Positions 16,337 to 25,563 are shown, counted from the first letter of the stretch. The stretch is 43,214 nucleotides of DNA from a virus (IMGVR_UViG_3300020045_007770:1-43214), one strand, 5' to 3'. Notes: generated by a model not told the origin, from the letters alone. Program-made: numbers and translations.

Positions 16337-18730
16337 ATGCCAATCCAATCCACAGGTCCTACTGACGCTAAGGTCATGCTCGTTGGGGAATTCCCCCGAG
16401 AGTCCGATCTTTTGCGCAACACACCATTCGCTTCTGCCGGAGCCGAGCTTCTCAAGATGCTCAACGAAGCCAGTTTGCCAATGGCTATGTGCTATTGCAC
16501 ACTTGTTGTCAACGATCGAGTTCCCGGGGGATCAGTCTCCGGACTCACGGCAGAATCCAAGGCCAAGCACATCCCCGGCAAACACTTTCTTGTCGATGAT
16601 GTGTGGGCGACGCAGCAGCTCCTTGACGGACGCGAGCGACTCAAGCAGGAAATCGAACTCGTCAAACCTGATGTTATCTGCGCAATGGGCAATATCGCTC
16701 TGTGGGCATTGACTGGTCAGTGGGGTGTGGGCAATTGGCGTTCCAGCATCATGGAGTCCACTCTCATCCCAGGCCTGAAAGTCATCCCGACCTATGGCCC
16801 TGGGATGCTGATGGCTCAGTACTACCTGCGGCCAATAATGGTGCATGACCTCAAGAGGGTCAAACGCCATATTGGCAAGCCACGGGTTGAACGCCCGCCG
16901 TATAATTTCCTGGTGCGGCCGACGTTTGAGCAGGCTGTTGTCGGACTGCAAATGCTCATCACAACAGCTAGCAATTATCAGTTGTCCCATGGCGAGCGCA
17001 TGCCAATTGGCACTGACATTGAAACTCGTGCCGGGCACACAGCCTGCATAGCCTTTGCGTGGTCCAGCCTCGACGCGATCTGCATTCCTTTGATGTGTCA
17101 GCACAATCCCGAAGGCTACTGGTCATTGGAGGAGGAAACCGAACTCGTCGGGATGATGCTGCAGCTCATGCGCATCGTGAAGGTCATCGGCCAAAACTGG
17201 AACTATGACGAACAGTACAACTACCGTCACTGGCATTTCCTGTGCCCTGACGTAGAAGACACGATGATCCAGCACCATTCATGTTTCAGTATGCTGGAAA
17301 AGAACCTCGCGTTCCTGTCGTCGATGTATCTGGAAGACCATCTGTATTGGAAAGATGATCGGACCAATTGGACTGACGGCCCCAAGGGCGAAGGCGAGGA
17401 TCAATACTGGCGCTATAACTGTACCGACAGCGCCCGCACTCTGGCGTGCTACCACGAACTCAACAAGGTTATCAAAGCCTTGGGTATGGAAGAGGTCAAC
17501 AAGTTCCAGCAACGTCTCCGAACTGCCGTCCTCAACAGCATGAATCGTGGTGTGCGAATCGACAATGAAGCCCAAGCCCAATTGTCCCTGACCCTGCAAG
17601 ATGAAGTCGCAACCCGCGAACAGTGGCTCAAAGATGTAACCGGTCAGGAACTCAACATCCGGTCCCCCAAGCAAATGCAAGACTTCTTCTACCACCAGAT
17701 GGGTCAGAAAGAAGTCATCAACCGCAAATCCAAATCCGTTTCCTGTGATGATGAAGCCCTCAGAAAAATTGCTAGCCGTGAGCCGATCTTACTTCCAGTT
17801 ACCCGCAAGATCGCGGAACTGCGGAGCCTCGGCGTGTTCCACTCCACGTTTGTGCTTGCGCGCCTCGATGTTGACGGCAGAATCAGAACTAGCTTCAACG
17901 TGTGCGGGACGGAAACCTATCGCTTCTCCAGCACCAAGAACGCATTCGGCAGCGGACTGAACATGCAGAACATCCCCAAGGGCGGGGAAGGTGAAGGGGA
18001 AGACGCGCTGGAGTTACCGAATGTGCGGAATTTGTACATCCCGGACCAGGGCAAGACCATGTTCGATATTGACCTGGACAGTGCGGACTTGCGGATTGTG
18101 TCTTGGGAGTCTGATTGCCAATGGATGAAGGAGCAGTTCCGGCAAAAGCGGAAGCCATATATTGAAGTGATGAAGGAGTACTACCACAATCAGAACATGG
18201 ACAAGAACTCACACCCACGGGAGTATGGGAGGTTCAAGAGCCTTTGCCATGGCACGAATTACCTGGGCACCGCAGATGGTATCGCACCGCGGATTGGCTT
18301 GCTAGTCCATGAAACCGAGCGTATCCAGAAATGGTACTTCGGACTGTGCCCGGAGATCAAAAAGTGGCAAGAGGAAATCAAACTCCAGGTGGAAAAAAGA
18401 AAGTATGTCGAAAATGTTTTCGGCTATCGGACTTACTTTTTCGACCGCATCGAAGGCACCAGCTTTAATCAAGCTGTAGCGTGGATTCCACAGTCAACTG
18501 TCGCGTGCCTGATCAACCGTGGTTATGTGGCATTGGAGGATAACCTGCCGGAAGTGGAAGTGCTCATCCAAGTCCACGATTCCCTGGTCGGCCAATTTGA
18601 CACGCACCTTGGTGATTGGGCACTGCGCAGGATTCAAGAGGAATGTGCTATCCCATTGCCGTATGATGAGCCACTGGTGATCCCTGTTGGGATTGCATCT
18701 TCAACAAAATCTTGGGGAGATTGCAGATGA
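16337..18730 (+). CDS. family A DNA polymerase with N-terminal UDG-like domain and 3'-5' exonuclease
   Basis: UDG-F4-like AKVMLVGE.P...PF...EIELVKPDVI.AMG; ExoI DIET, ExoII QNWNYD, ExoIII YNCTD; TETYRFSS, NMQNIP, motifs A/B/C (DLDSADLR, KSLCHGTNY, VHDS). Confidence 0.92.
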   Translation: MPIQSTGPTDAKVMLVGEFPRESDLLRNTPFASAGAELLKMLNEASLPMAMCYCTLVVNDRVPGGSVSGLTAESKAKHIPGKHFLVDDVWATQQLLDGRERLKQEIELVKPDVICAMGNIALWALTGQWGVGNWRSSIMESTLIPGLKVIPTYGPGMLMAQYYLRPIMVHDLKRVKRHIGKPRVERPPYNFLVRPTFEQAVVGLQMLITTASNYQLSHGERMPIGTDIETRAGHTACIAFAWSSLDAICIPLMCQHNPEGYWSLEEETELVGMMLQLMRIVKVIGQNWNYDEQYNYRHWHFLCPDVEDTMIQHHSCFSMLEKNLAFLSSMYLEDHLYWKDDRTNWTDGPKGEGEDQYWRYNCTDSARTLACYHELNKVIKALGMEEVNKFQQRLRTAVLNSMNRGVRIDNEAQAQLSLTLQDEVATREQWLKDVTGQELNIRSPKQMQDFFYHQMGQKEVINRKSKSVSCDDEALRKIASREPILLPVTRKIAELRSLGVFHSTFVLARLDVDGRIRTSFNVCGTETYRFSSTKNAFGSGLNMQNIPKGGEGEGEDALELPNVRNLYIPDQGKTMFDIDLDSADLRIVSWESDCQWMKEQFRQKRKPYIEVMKEYYHNQNMDKNSHPREYGRFKSLCHGTNYLGTADGIAPRIGLLVHETERIQKWYFGLCPEIKKWQEEIKLQVEKRKYVENVFGYRTYFFDRIEGTSFNQAVAWIPQSTVACLINRGYVALEDNLPEVEVLIQVHDSLVGQFDTHLGDWALRRIQEECAIPLPYDEPLVIPVGIASSTKSWGDCR

Positions 18731-18888
18731 AAATAGACATACCAAGCAGGAACAAGCCGCGCATCCAGCTCATACGCAAAGGCACTTGGGTGTGCTACAG
18801 CTGGCATCAAGGCTGGGAGCGCGGATTCGGGCGGACCCCGCAGGAATCTTACTGGCGGTGGCGTGATTGGGTTGCCCGGCACGGGTAG
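18727..18888 (+). CDS. 53-aa Trp-rich small phage protein
   Basis: ATGA overlap with the polymerase stop; KPRI...WVC...GFGRTPQESY..W. Confidence 0.55.
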   Translation: MKIDIPSRNKPRIQLIRKGTWVCYSWHQGWERGFGRTPQESYWRWRDWVARHG

Positions 18889-18904
18889 GCAATTACCCAT
18901 GAAA

Positions 18905-18942
18905 AATGCGCCCCCAATTCATCACGGAATTGGGGGCGCATT
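18905..18942. terminator. hairpin between the convergent arms, likely bidirectional terminator
   Basis: Perfect 16-bp inverted repeat AATGCGCCCCCAATTC / GAATTGGGGGCGCATT with A/T-rich flanks. Confidence 0.75.
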
Positions 18943-19009
18943 GCATTTGTTTTTGCGCGTGAGGGGTTAGGCTACCCCCGGCCATTAAAACGGCGTATAA
19001 ACCGCGCGG

Positions 19010-19025
19010 ATTACTAATTTGTAAT
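19010..19025. repeat. dispersed 16-bp palindrome copy 5
   Basis: ATTACTAATTTGTAAT-ATGAGGGCTTAAC. Confidence 0.9.
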
Positions 19026-19043
19026 ATGAGGGCTTAACATACC

Positions 19044-19424
19044 CTATGCAACACCCTTAGCCTTCTCGTAAGTCCGCAGCCCGCCAAGCCCCAACATCCC
19101 GAGCATCAGCTGCCACAGGTTGTCGTCAATCCCAGGCAGCAATGGCAGCTGATGCCCAGACACAATCCCGACCCATTGCACTGTCGGACGCAGCACATAC
19201 TGAAACAGTAGAGCCAACGCGCACACCCAGCCAATTGCTGGGCGCCAGCTGCTGGTGAAAGCATTGGGGCTCGCGGCTTCTGCTTTGTTAACCTCCAGTT
19301 GCCCCTGCACCAAGGCCACAGCAGCCGCAAGCTGTTGCTTTTCCTGCTCGCTCTTATCAGGCCACAGCTTGTCAATCGCCTTGCCCGCCAGATCGGCAAT
19401 CTCGCCCAGCCCTGAAATGCTCAT
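19044..19424 (-). CDS. holin, 3TM/GTA-type family
   Basis: IDKLWPD...QLEVNKAEA...WRPAIGWVC...LLGMLGLGGLRTYEK signature. Confidence 0.8.
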   Translation of the reverse strand: MSISGLGEIADLAGKAIDKLWPDKSEQEKQQLAAAVALVQGQLEVNKAEAASPNAFTSSWRPAIGWVCALALLFQYVLRPTVQWVGIVSGHQLPLLPGIDDNLWQLMLGMLGLGGLRTYEKAKGVA

Positions 19425-19906
19425 AATTCAGTCCTCGTCAGGTTATTGGCAATCCTTCTTGCCCAGCCACGGCCAAAGGTATCCCATGTTGGCAGGTCCG
19501 TCAGATACCTCAACCTCGCACCCTCAATCCGGGCCAGCAACGTCAACGGCTCAGTCGATGCTACAGCCATTTTGGTCTTCGGCCCGATGCTGCCATCGGC
19601 TTCCGCAAACGCAGCCTTCTGCACCATCTTGATTGCTGTTCTCACACCGCTGTTGTAAGCAACATCAAAAACATCAAACCTAATCGCAGCTGGCCAGTCT
19701 TCGCATCCTGCCGGAGTCCAGTACCGTTCCTTTGCAATCCTCTTCGACAACTCCAGTGGCAGATCTTTCATATCCCCACGATAGCCGACTTCTCTGGCCA
19801 CAGCTTCCGTAACCCCATACATGGTCTTCCCGCCAGGATCTTTTTGGTGGTTACTGTACCCACCCTCATTAAGGATCAGCTCCTCAAATGCTTGCTCGAA
19901 GTTCAT
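19421..19906 (-). CDS. endolysin, glycoside hydrolase family 108
   Basis: NEGGYSNHQKDPGGKTMYGVT; DGSIGPKT; FGRGWARR. Confidence 0.92.
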   Translation of the reverse strand: MNFEQAFEELILNEGGYSNHQKDPGGKTMYGVTEAVAREVGYRGDMKDLPLELSKRIAKERYWTPAGCEDWPAAIRFDVFDVAYNSGVRTAIKMVQKAAFAEADGSIGPKTKMAVASTEPLTLLARIEGARLRYLTDLPTWDTFGRGWARRIANNLTRTEL

Positions 19907-20170
19907 TTACTTTGCCTTCATCCATGCCATGACAGCTGGCAGTCCGCCGGTATAATACAGCACCGCCAGCACAGCAAACCACAAGGCCACTTTCTTGAGC
20001 AGCCACCCGATCCATCCAATCAGCCACTTCCCAGACTCTTCCTGTGCCGCATCCAGCAGATGCGACTTCATGGCCACAAATCCCGCCTCCCAGGTCTTGG
20101 GGTCGGCAATTGCCCTTTGCACACCCATAGCTACAGACAGCTCAATTGCATCCAAGTCACTTTTTTCCAC
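19907..20170 (-). CDS. membrane protein with C-terminal TM (lysis cassette)
   Basis: GTG start with RBS GGAGG; hydrophobic C-terminus. Confidence 0.65.
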   Translation of the reverse strand: MEKSDLDAIELSVAMGVQRAIADPKTWEAGFVAMKSHLLDAAQEESGKWLIGWIGWLLKKVALWFAVLAVLYYTGGLPAVMAWMKAK

Positions 20171-20537
20171 AGAGCCTCCCAAGCTCGTAAAGAATTCCGA
20201 GAGAAATAAGCCCTAGAAGGGCAAGTCCTAGTTGATACCACTCTGGACCGCACAACCCGGCAAAAGGCTCGTAACCAAGTACACCGCCTATTGGCTTAGA
20301 GGCTCTGCAGGCCGTAGTCATACCTTCCTCAAACATCCCCATCATACACACAGCTAACACCGCGCGGCGCCGGCACAAAGAGGCAACAATTCCAAACAAG
20401 GCCGTACCACCTAACCCACGGAGCATGTAAAACCAGGCTTTTGCGGCCGAGTCCCGTTGACTATAGCAAAGTGCAATCAGTTCATAGCCGAAATGCACAC
20501 CAGCCACGATCAGAAGAAGGGCTATGGCTAACCTCAT
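20157..20537 (-). CDS. multi-pass membrane protein
   Basis: 3-4 hydrophobic segments; RBS GAGG. Confidence 0.65.
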   Translation of the reverse strand: MRLAIALLLIVAGVHFGYELIALCYSQRDSAAKAWFYMLRGLGGTALFGIVASLCRRRAVLAVCMMGMFEEGMTTACRASKPIGGVLGYEPFAGLCGPEWYQLGLALLGLISLGILYELGRLCGKK

Positions 20538-20659
20538 TTCGCCTCTTCCCCTGGGCCACCACCCCCAGCCAGACTAATCGGCGGCAGTGGTGTAGTCGCC
20601 ACTGCCGGATCAACCCAGGCAGCAAGTTTGCGGAGGGCGGAAGCAATAATTTTACGCAT
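20534..20659 (-). CDS. 41-aa peptide MRKIIASALRKLAAWVDP...LAGGGGPGEEAK
   Basis: Hand translation; ATGA coupling to the downstream membrane gene. Confidence 0.55.
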   Translation of the reverse strand: MRKIIASALRKLAAWVDPAVATTPLPPISLAGGGGPGEEAK

Positions 20660-20680
20660 AGTTTGGGTATAGAGAAGAGT

Positions 20681-22732
20681 TTATGCCGCAAGATTAGGAA
20701 GTGCCTTAAACACTGGTGCCACGCCCCCATAGGTACCAGCAGTCGTACATACGACTCCTGGAGACGCCCCCGCAGTTGGTGTATCCAACAAAATCTCATC
20801 GCCAACGGCCCAGGTACCTGCCGTCGGGGTTGCGCCTGTCCGCCCGACCCCAGCTTCAGGTTCCGTAATAATCCGCCGAGCCTTGCCCTTACTGCTCAGT
20901 GTCTGCCCTTTACCATAGGGGTCCAACCCAAAGCCAGCTTGTAGCAACATCCCTACTTGGGAATCTGTTAGATTAACACTAGCCTGCTCATAGAGGGAGA
21001 TATTGGTCACATCAATAGAGGCACCAGCCATGGCTACTGTAACAGGCGTATAAATGCGCATGACAGTTTTGTACTGAGCATAATTAGCAAAAAATGGAAT
21101 TCTGATACGTCGAGTAACAGCTCCAACATTCAAGGCCAGAGGGGCCGAAGGTTGGTAAGACACGAGTAGGCTTGTCCCAACATCTTTTGCCACTGAAAAT
21201 TGGAAGTACCAAGTAGTTGATGGCGTTCCATTTACCGTCAAGTCGAACTCCAGGACATAAGGGCCACATCTTTGCAGAATAGTGGTCACATCCCAGTAAA
21301 CTGTCGGATTAGCCACAGCACTCAAAGGAAATCTATATCCACCAGTCACAGCAGAAGCCCCTCCCCCGGTGGTGGGGGTCGGGAGTGCGATAAACGTGTC
21401 TCTCTGCGGAAGTCGGATTCCCGATACCAATGTGTTCCAAGTCCCAAACGGAGGTACCTGCCACCGACAGGTACTGCTGAGGCGCACTTCTGTGGTTGTA
21501 GACAAATTTACTACTGCCGAATGCGGGCAGTCGAACGCAACATTATCAAACAGGTACGCAGTCCCAGCATCTATTTGGGCCCCTACAGACCCCGCATCCG
21601 TAATTCTGCCATTGGAGAATCGGGCCGGAGAGGAGATTGACTTACCCCAGATAGCCGGGCCAACACGACCACTACCGATTAAAGTGAAGTCTGAAAGAGA
21701 CAACTGTGACGCATTGTCAATAATAATCGGGTAGTTTGCTTTGTCTGCCAACAGGCCGGAAATCTCTCCCCAAAAGCTGTCCCTGAAGTGATAGGCTATA
21801 TTTCGATTCCAAGCAAACAAACGACTGCCTAACAGTTGGTCTATCCTGTAGAACTCAAAAGCAGTTGCATTGGCGGCTACCCAAGTCTCCAAAGCCGCTG
21901 ACTGCGTGTAGAAGTTCCAAAAGTGCACCCCATCCATATAGCAAACGTCGGCACAGCCGTCAGAGGTGAATCCCATAAACAGGGGATCTCCCTGGAGACC
22001 CTCCACGCGCCACCTACCAGCATTATTCAGCCGAAGCCCCTTATAGGAATTATACAATGTCATGTTTTTCACATGGATATTGTCATAAATACCGGCAGCT
22101 GTTGGTGTGCTCAAACTATATCCATATGCAGTAGGAGTTGCGGCAGTCTTGGTCACCTGCCCTGGGTAGTAGATTGTAAAGCCCTCAATCCCGGAGCTGT
22201 AGGAAAGCTCAACAGCATGATTATCAGCCCCTGCCCCCCAATTAATCCACAAGGCTGTGCCGTTAATGGTGTTGAGGTTCGCGGGGTCGGGGAGCCAAGA
22301 GTCACCTTCAAAGCGCACATTTGTAGGAATGGTGATCTTGGCCCCAAGCCCAATCTTGCATCCATTAGCCATCAGGGTACCACCCCCCTGAGCTGAGATA
22401 TAGTTAAGGGCTGTCTGCACAACACCAGAGTCATCTGTAGTACCATCCCCTACAAACGCCGACCACATGCGGAGGTGAAGCCGTAGGCGAAGGGCGGCCC
22501 CGACTGTATGTATGGGGTATGCCAGGTCCGGTGCATACCCCAGCTGCCCCGCCCCTTGAACGGAATTGGTGTAGGAGGCTAGGGACTGCACCAGCGTAGA
22601 GGCTGGTCCAGCAATGAAGGTAGTCAACTGACTTACCGGAAGGTCTGCCGTAGCCCCTGCCACTACGCCTGTCAGAGTGTCAGTTCCCGCAAGTGTGCGG
22701 CTGCCAATTGGGTATTTTCCCTGCTGCGCCAT
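20681..22732 (-). CDS. tailspike / receptor-binding protein with pectate-lyase-like beta-helix
   Basis: GDGTTDDSGVVQTALNY...GGGTL beta-helix entry motif; C-terminal PTAGTWAVGD...GVVCTTAGT; RBS AAGGA. Confidence 0.8.
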   Translation of the reverse strand: MAQQGKYPIGSRTLAGTDTLTGVVAGATADLPVSQLTTFIAGPASTLVQSLASYTNSVQGAGQLGYAPDLAYPIHTVGAALRLRLHLRMWSAFVGDGTTDDSGVVQTALNYISAQGGGTLMANGCKIGLGAKITIPTNVRFEGDSWLPDPANLNTINGTALWINWGAGADNHAVELSYSSGIEGFTIYYPGQVTKTAATPTAYGYSLSTPTAAGIYDNIHVKNMTLYNSYKGLRLNNAGRWRVEGLQGDPLFMGFTSDGCADVCYMDGVHFWNFYTQSAALETWVAANATAFEFYRIDQLLGSRLFAWNRNIAYHFRDSFWGEISGLLADKANYPIIIDNASQLSLSDFTLIGSGRVGPAIWGKSISSPARFSNGRITDAGSVGAQIDAGTAYLFDNVAFDCPHSAVVNLSTTTEVRLSSTCRWQVPPFGTWNTLVSGIRLPQRDTFIALPTPTTGGGASAVTGGYRFPLSAVANPTVYWDVTTILQRCGPYVLEFDLTVNGTPSTTWYFQFSVAKDVGTSLLVSYQPSAPLALNVGAVTRRIRIPFFANYAQYKTVMRIYTPVTVAMAGASIDVTNISLYEQASVNLTDSQVGMLLQAGFGLDPYGKGQTLSSKGKARRIITEPEAGVGRTGATPTAGTWAVGDEILLDTPTAGASPGVVCTTAGTYGGVAPVFKALPNLAA

Positions 22733-22741
22733 GCTAATTCC

Positions 22742-23044
22742 TTAGGAACCGATGTCAAAAATAGGAGAGAGACTGGTATCGACGATTACGTCACCATAAG
22801 TGTCGCGGATGGCTTCTCCGTCGGAAGGGGCGAAGGTGTCTGCGGAGCCAGGGCGCGACCAGGGGGTTGATTGATCATCCGCAATGCCCTTGACAAAGTC
22901 TTGCGGGTTGCGGACTTCCTTGTGGTGCCGGCAGACGTAGCGATTATCCCATGTGCGGACGGCGCTAGAGGACTTGGATTTTTTACCGCACAGGTCACAG
23001 TAGAAGTCCCATTGACCGGAAGCGTAGTAGTTTTGAGCGCCCAC
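22742..23044 (-). CDS. virion-associated protein with CxxC...C motif
   Basis: CDLCG...W...VC....RNPQDFV; RBS AGGAG before GTG. Confidence 0.75.
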   Translation of the reverse strand: MGAQNYYASGQWDFYCDLCGKKSKSSSAVRTWDNRYVCRHHKEVRNPQDFVKGIADDQSTPWSRPGSADTFAPSDGEAIRDTYGDVIVDTSLSPIFDIGS

Positions 23045-23081
23045 TGATGGCTCCTAGATTTCACAATGGAAAATTGAGGGG

Positions 23082-23097
23082 AATACTAATTTGTAAT
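23082..23097. repeat. dispersed 16-bp palindrome copy 6 (one mismatch)
   Basis: ATTGAGGGG-AATACTAATTTGTAAT-ATGAGGGATTAAC. Confidence 0.88.
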
Positions 23098-23112
23098 ATG
23101 AGGGATTAACCA

Positions 23113-23532
23113 TTAAACCGCTGCACCGGTGGCGTCCACCCACCCCGTACCGGCTGACGCCAGTGCCCACAAGGGCTTTTTGAGGGTAGTGTCGAAGAAC
23201 ATCAGGCCATCCGGTGGGGTTGCCGGGCGCGTGGCTGTCGCCCCGGAGCGGCTGACAATACCCTGCCCCGTGATCCGACACACAACTGCACCGGCAAGAT
23301 TCAAGACTTCAACCACATCCACCAAATCTGTGGCGGCGCCTTCTTTGAACTGCACGGGGCCGCCAGAAGTAGTAGTTACAACCTGCGGAGCCGAGCTTGC
23401 ACCATACAAGTCCTGCAGTGACTGAATCGTCAGCACTGCGGTCCGCAGAACCTCAAGCCATCGCTGAAACGAATCCGCAGAAAATCCAGCCTGGGTCAGC
23501 GGTGGGACAGGTGACAGCGTGGCCTTTGCCAT
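23113..23532 (-). CDS. tail-associated protein
   Basis: GATATRP...G.MFFDTTLKKPLW...WVDATGAAV C-terminal module seen in tail proteins. Confidence 0.7.
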   Translation of the reverse strand: MAKATLSPVPPLTQAGFSADSFQRWLEVLRTAVLTIQSLQDLYGASSAPQVVTTTSGGPVQFKEGAATDLVDVVEVLNLAGAVVCRITGQGIVSRSGATATRPATPPDGLMFFDTTLKKPLWALASAGTGWVDATGAAV

Positions 23533-23534
23533 AG

Positions 23535-24854
23535 TCAGGAACTCCAGGAAGTAGCATAACCCATAGCCTGCAGCTCTGGCAACTGCTCTTCCAGCCGCCC
23601 GCCGATGTCATTCCGGTAAATCGGGCTGTTCGCCATTTCCAGGCTCTTCACCGTAGCATATGCACACGCGGCCGCATCAGCGACAGTCTCCCCGCAGCCG
23701 CTTGCAACCATCATGTAGCTACCGGCAGATACCATAATAGGGGATTGCTTTAGCTTTCCACCTTCGAGTTCCGGTGCCTCACCCATTTGCATTTCGCAAG
23801 GGTGCAGGAAGTAGCGGTTCTTATCGGTGATCCCCCATACTGGGAAGCCACAGCATTCATCCCGGTTGCGCTCATTATAAGGGAAGTCCGGGACCGCCAG
23901 CACCACACCGGCTGCAACATCACAATACGGGCTGAAGCTATCGCGCCCCTGCAGCAAGTCCAGCATCCATTGCGCCGGATCGGGGTGCAGGATTTGCTGA
24001 ATCTGGAACAGCGGCCATCCGGGTCGGGAAGTGAACTCCAGTGGCCACGGGTTGCCCTTTTTGTCAATCATTACAGCAACATCAATATAGCCGGTGTAGC
24101 CACTGCGAATGAGTTCCGCCTCCAACGGGAGTAGCACACGCTGTGCCAGAAGGGAATCCTCCTGCCGGCAATACTTCATTACCGTGCCCATTTCCCCTGT
24201 ATTGACACCGATGTCGCCGGGCATGAGCTTTTTGAACTCGAAATTTTCCAATACATAAGAGGAAAAGCCATTGCGGCCCATCCAGCCGCCGACAGCCATT
24301 TCAATTCCGGGAATGAACTCCTGAAACAAGAAGGAATTGGGCTTTTGCGTGCGCTTCCACTCCTGAAGCATGAATAGAAGATCGCGGCTGCTCTTGGAGA
24401 CATAAGATAGCGCACGGTCCGCGTCACCCAAAGGCTTGCAGACGTAGCGCTTGCCCGGGTTTTGGAGCAGATGGTCGATGCCTTCCTGGAATTTCTTGAA
24501 CAAAATGGAAGGGATTGTGGTGATCCCGTGGCTGTCGAGGATCTTCACCCCACAATCCCGGTCCAATTCCCACTTGGCAACCGCAAGATTCGCACCGAAG
24601 ATGGGGTAGCCCCGGTTGCGGTAGCCTTCAAGTTCCGGCAAGTATTTGGTGTTATCACTAAGGACAATCAAGTCCGCCCAATCCATGTGCGGCTGCCAGG
24701 ACTTGACTTTATGGATCATCCCATCCCCGGCGCAATGGTGTGGATTGCCCTTTGGAGCTGGCCCCATGAACACCCGCACCTCATGGCCGGCGGCTTCACA
24801 ACGCAGAGCAAAGTCCACAAAGGAATGGATGGCATCGATTAGGAGGATTTTCAC
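23535..24854 (-). CDS. PurD (GAR synthetase)-like ATP-grasp ligase
   Basis: YPIFG...WELDR, YVCKPLG, FQEFIPGIE, FEFKKLMPGDIGVNTGEMGT (cf. PurD DHKR..GD.GPNTGGMG), LEFTSRPGWP, YRNDIG. Confidence 0.82.
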   Translation of the reverse strand: MKILLIDAIHSFVDFALRCEAAGHEVRVFMGPAPKGNPHHCAGDGMIHKVKSWQPHMDWADLIVLSDNTKYLPELEGYRNRGYPIFGANLAVAKWELDRDCGVKILDSHGITTIPSILFKKFQEGIDHLLQNPGKRYVCKPLGDADRALSYVSKSSRDLLFMLQEWKRTQKPNSFLFQEFIPGIEMAVGGWMGRNGFSSYVLENFEFKKLMPGDIGVNTGEMGTVMKYCRQEDSLLAQRVLLPLEAELIRSGYTGYIDVAVMIDKKGNPWPLEFTSRPGWPLFQIQQILHPDPAQWMLDLLQGRDSFSPYCDVAAGVVLAVPDFPYNERNRDECCGFPVWGITDKNRYFLHPCEMQMGEAPELEGGKLKQSPIMVSAGSYMMVASGCGETVADAAACAYATVKSLEMANSPIYRNDIGGRLEEQLPELQAMGYATSWSS

Positions 24855-24904
24855 TCTGCTTTTCCTGTTAAAAGGGCGCCGCGTTAGCGGAGGGCCACCA
24901 TACC

Positions 24905-25270
24905 GAGGCGGCTACAGGTTATAACTACAACTACAGGCCCTAGCTACTGCAATTGACCGTCTGTTACAGGCTACAGCTAGTAGTTATAACCTGTAGCTAT
25001 AACCTGTAACTACAGCCCTCGCGCGTGCGCATAGGCGGATTGTAGGGGAAAGCAAGGGGAAGGGGGAGCTGTTAGAAGCTGTAGCTACTGCTGTAACTAC
25101 TTGCTATAGCTAGTAACTATAGCGCGCGGGGGGCGGCGAGGGGGTTAATCCCTCATATTACAAATTAGTAATCCGGGCAATCTATGGGAAAACGGCGGAT
25201 TATGTGGAGTAGCTACTAGCTATAACAACAGCTACAAGCTATAGCTATAACTACAACCTCTAACTACCCG
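24905..25270. repeat. non-coding zone of degenerate RCTAYA/TAGCTA/GTTATAAC micro-repeats
   Basis: e.g. GCTATAACAACAGCTACAAGCTATAGCTATAACTACA; no credible ORF; G tracts. Confidence 0.7.
25157..25172. repeat. dispersed 16-bp palindrome copy 7 (reverse orientation)
   Basis: GTTAATCCCTCAT-ATTACAAATTAGTAAT. Confidence 0.9.
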
Positions 25271-25563
25271 CGCGAGCCGGAAAACCTCAACCCACAACAA
25301 CCGCGTTCCGGTATTGTATTAGCTCCCCCGAGGTCGCAGATTCATTGTACCCAAAAATCAAATGGTCGGTCAATTAGTTTTTTGCTATTGGCTCGATAGG
25401 TTTTGGCTATATCGATTAAACGGGCCGTGGTTGCGTTTGTTTTTGCGGTGGCACCCTCGCCAATGTTCGGCCGGAAAATCGAATGGCGGAGGCATCGTGG
25501 GCCGGGAAATGGCATTCCCTCAACCCCGACACTCCCCGCCATCACCAATCGTTAATCCCTCAT

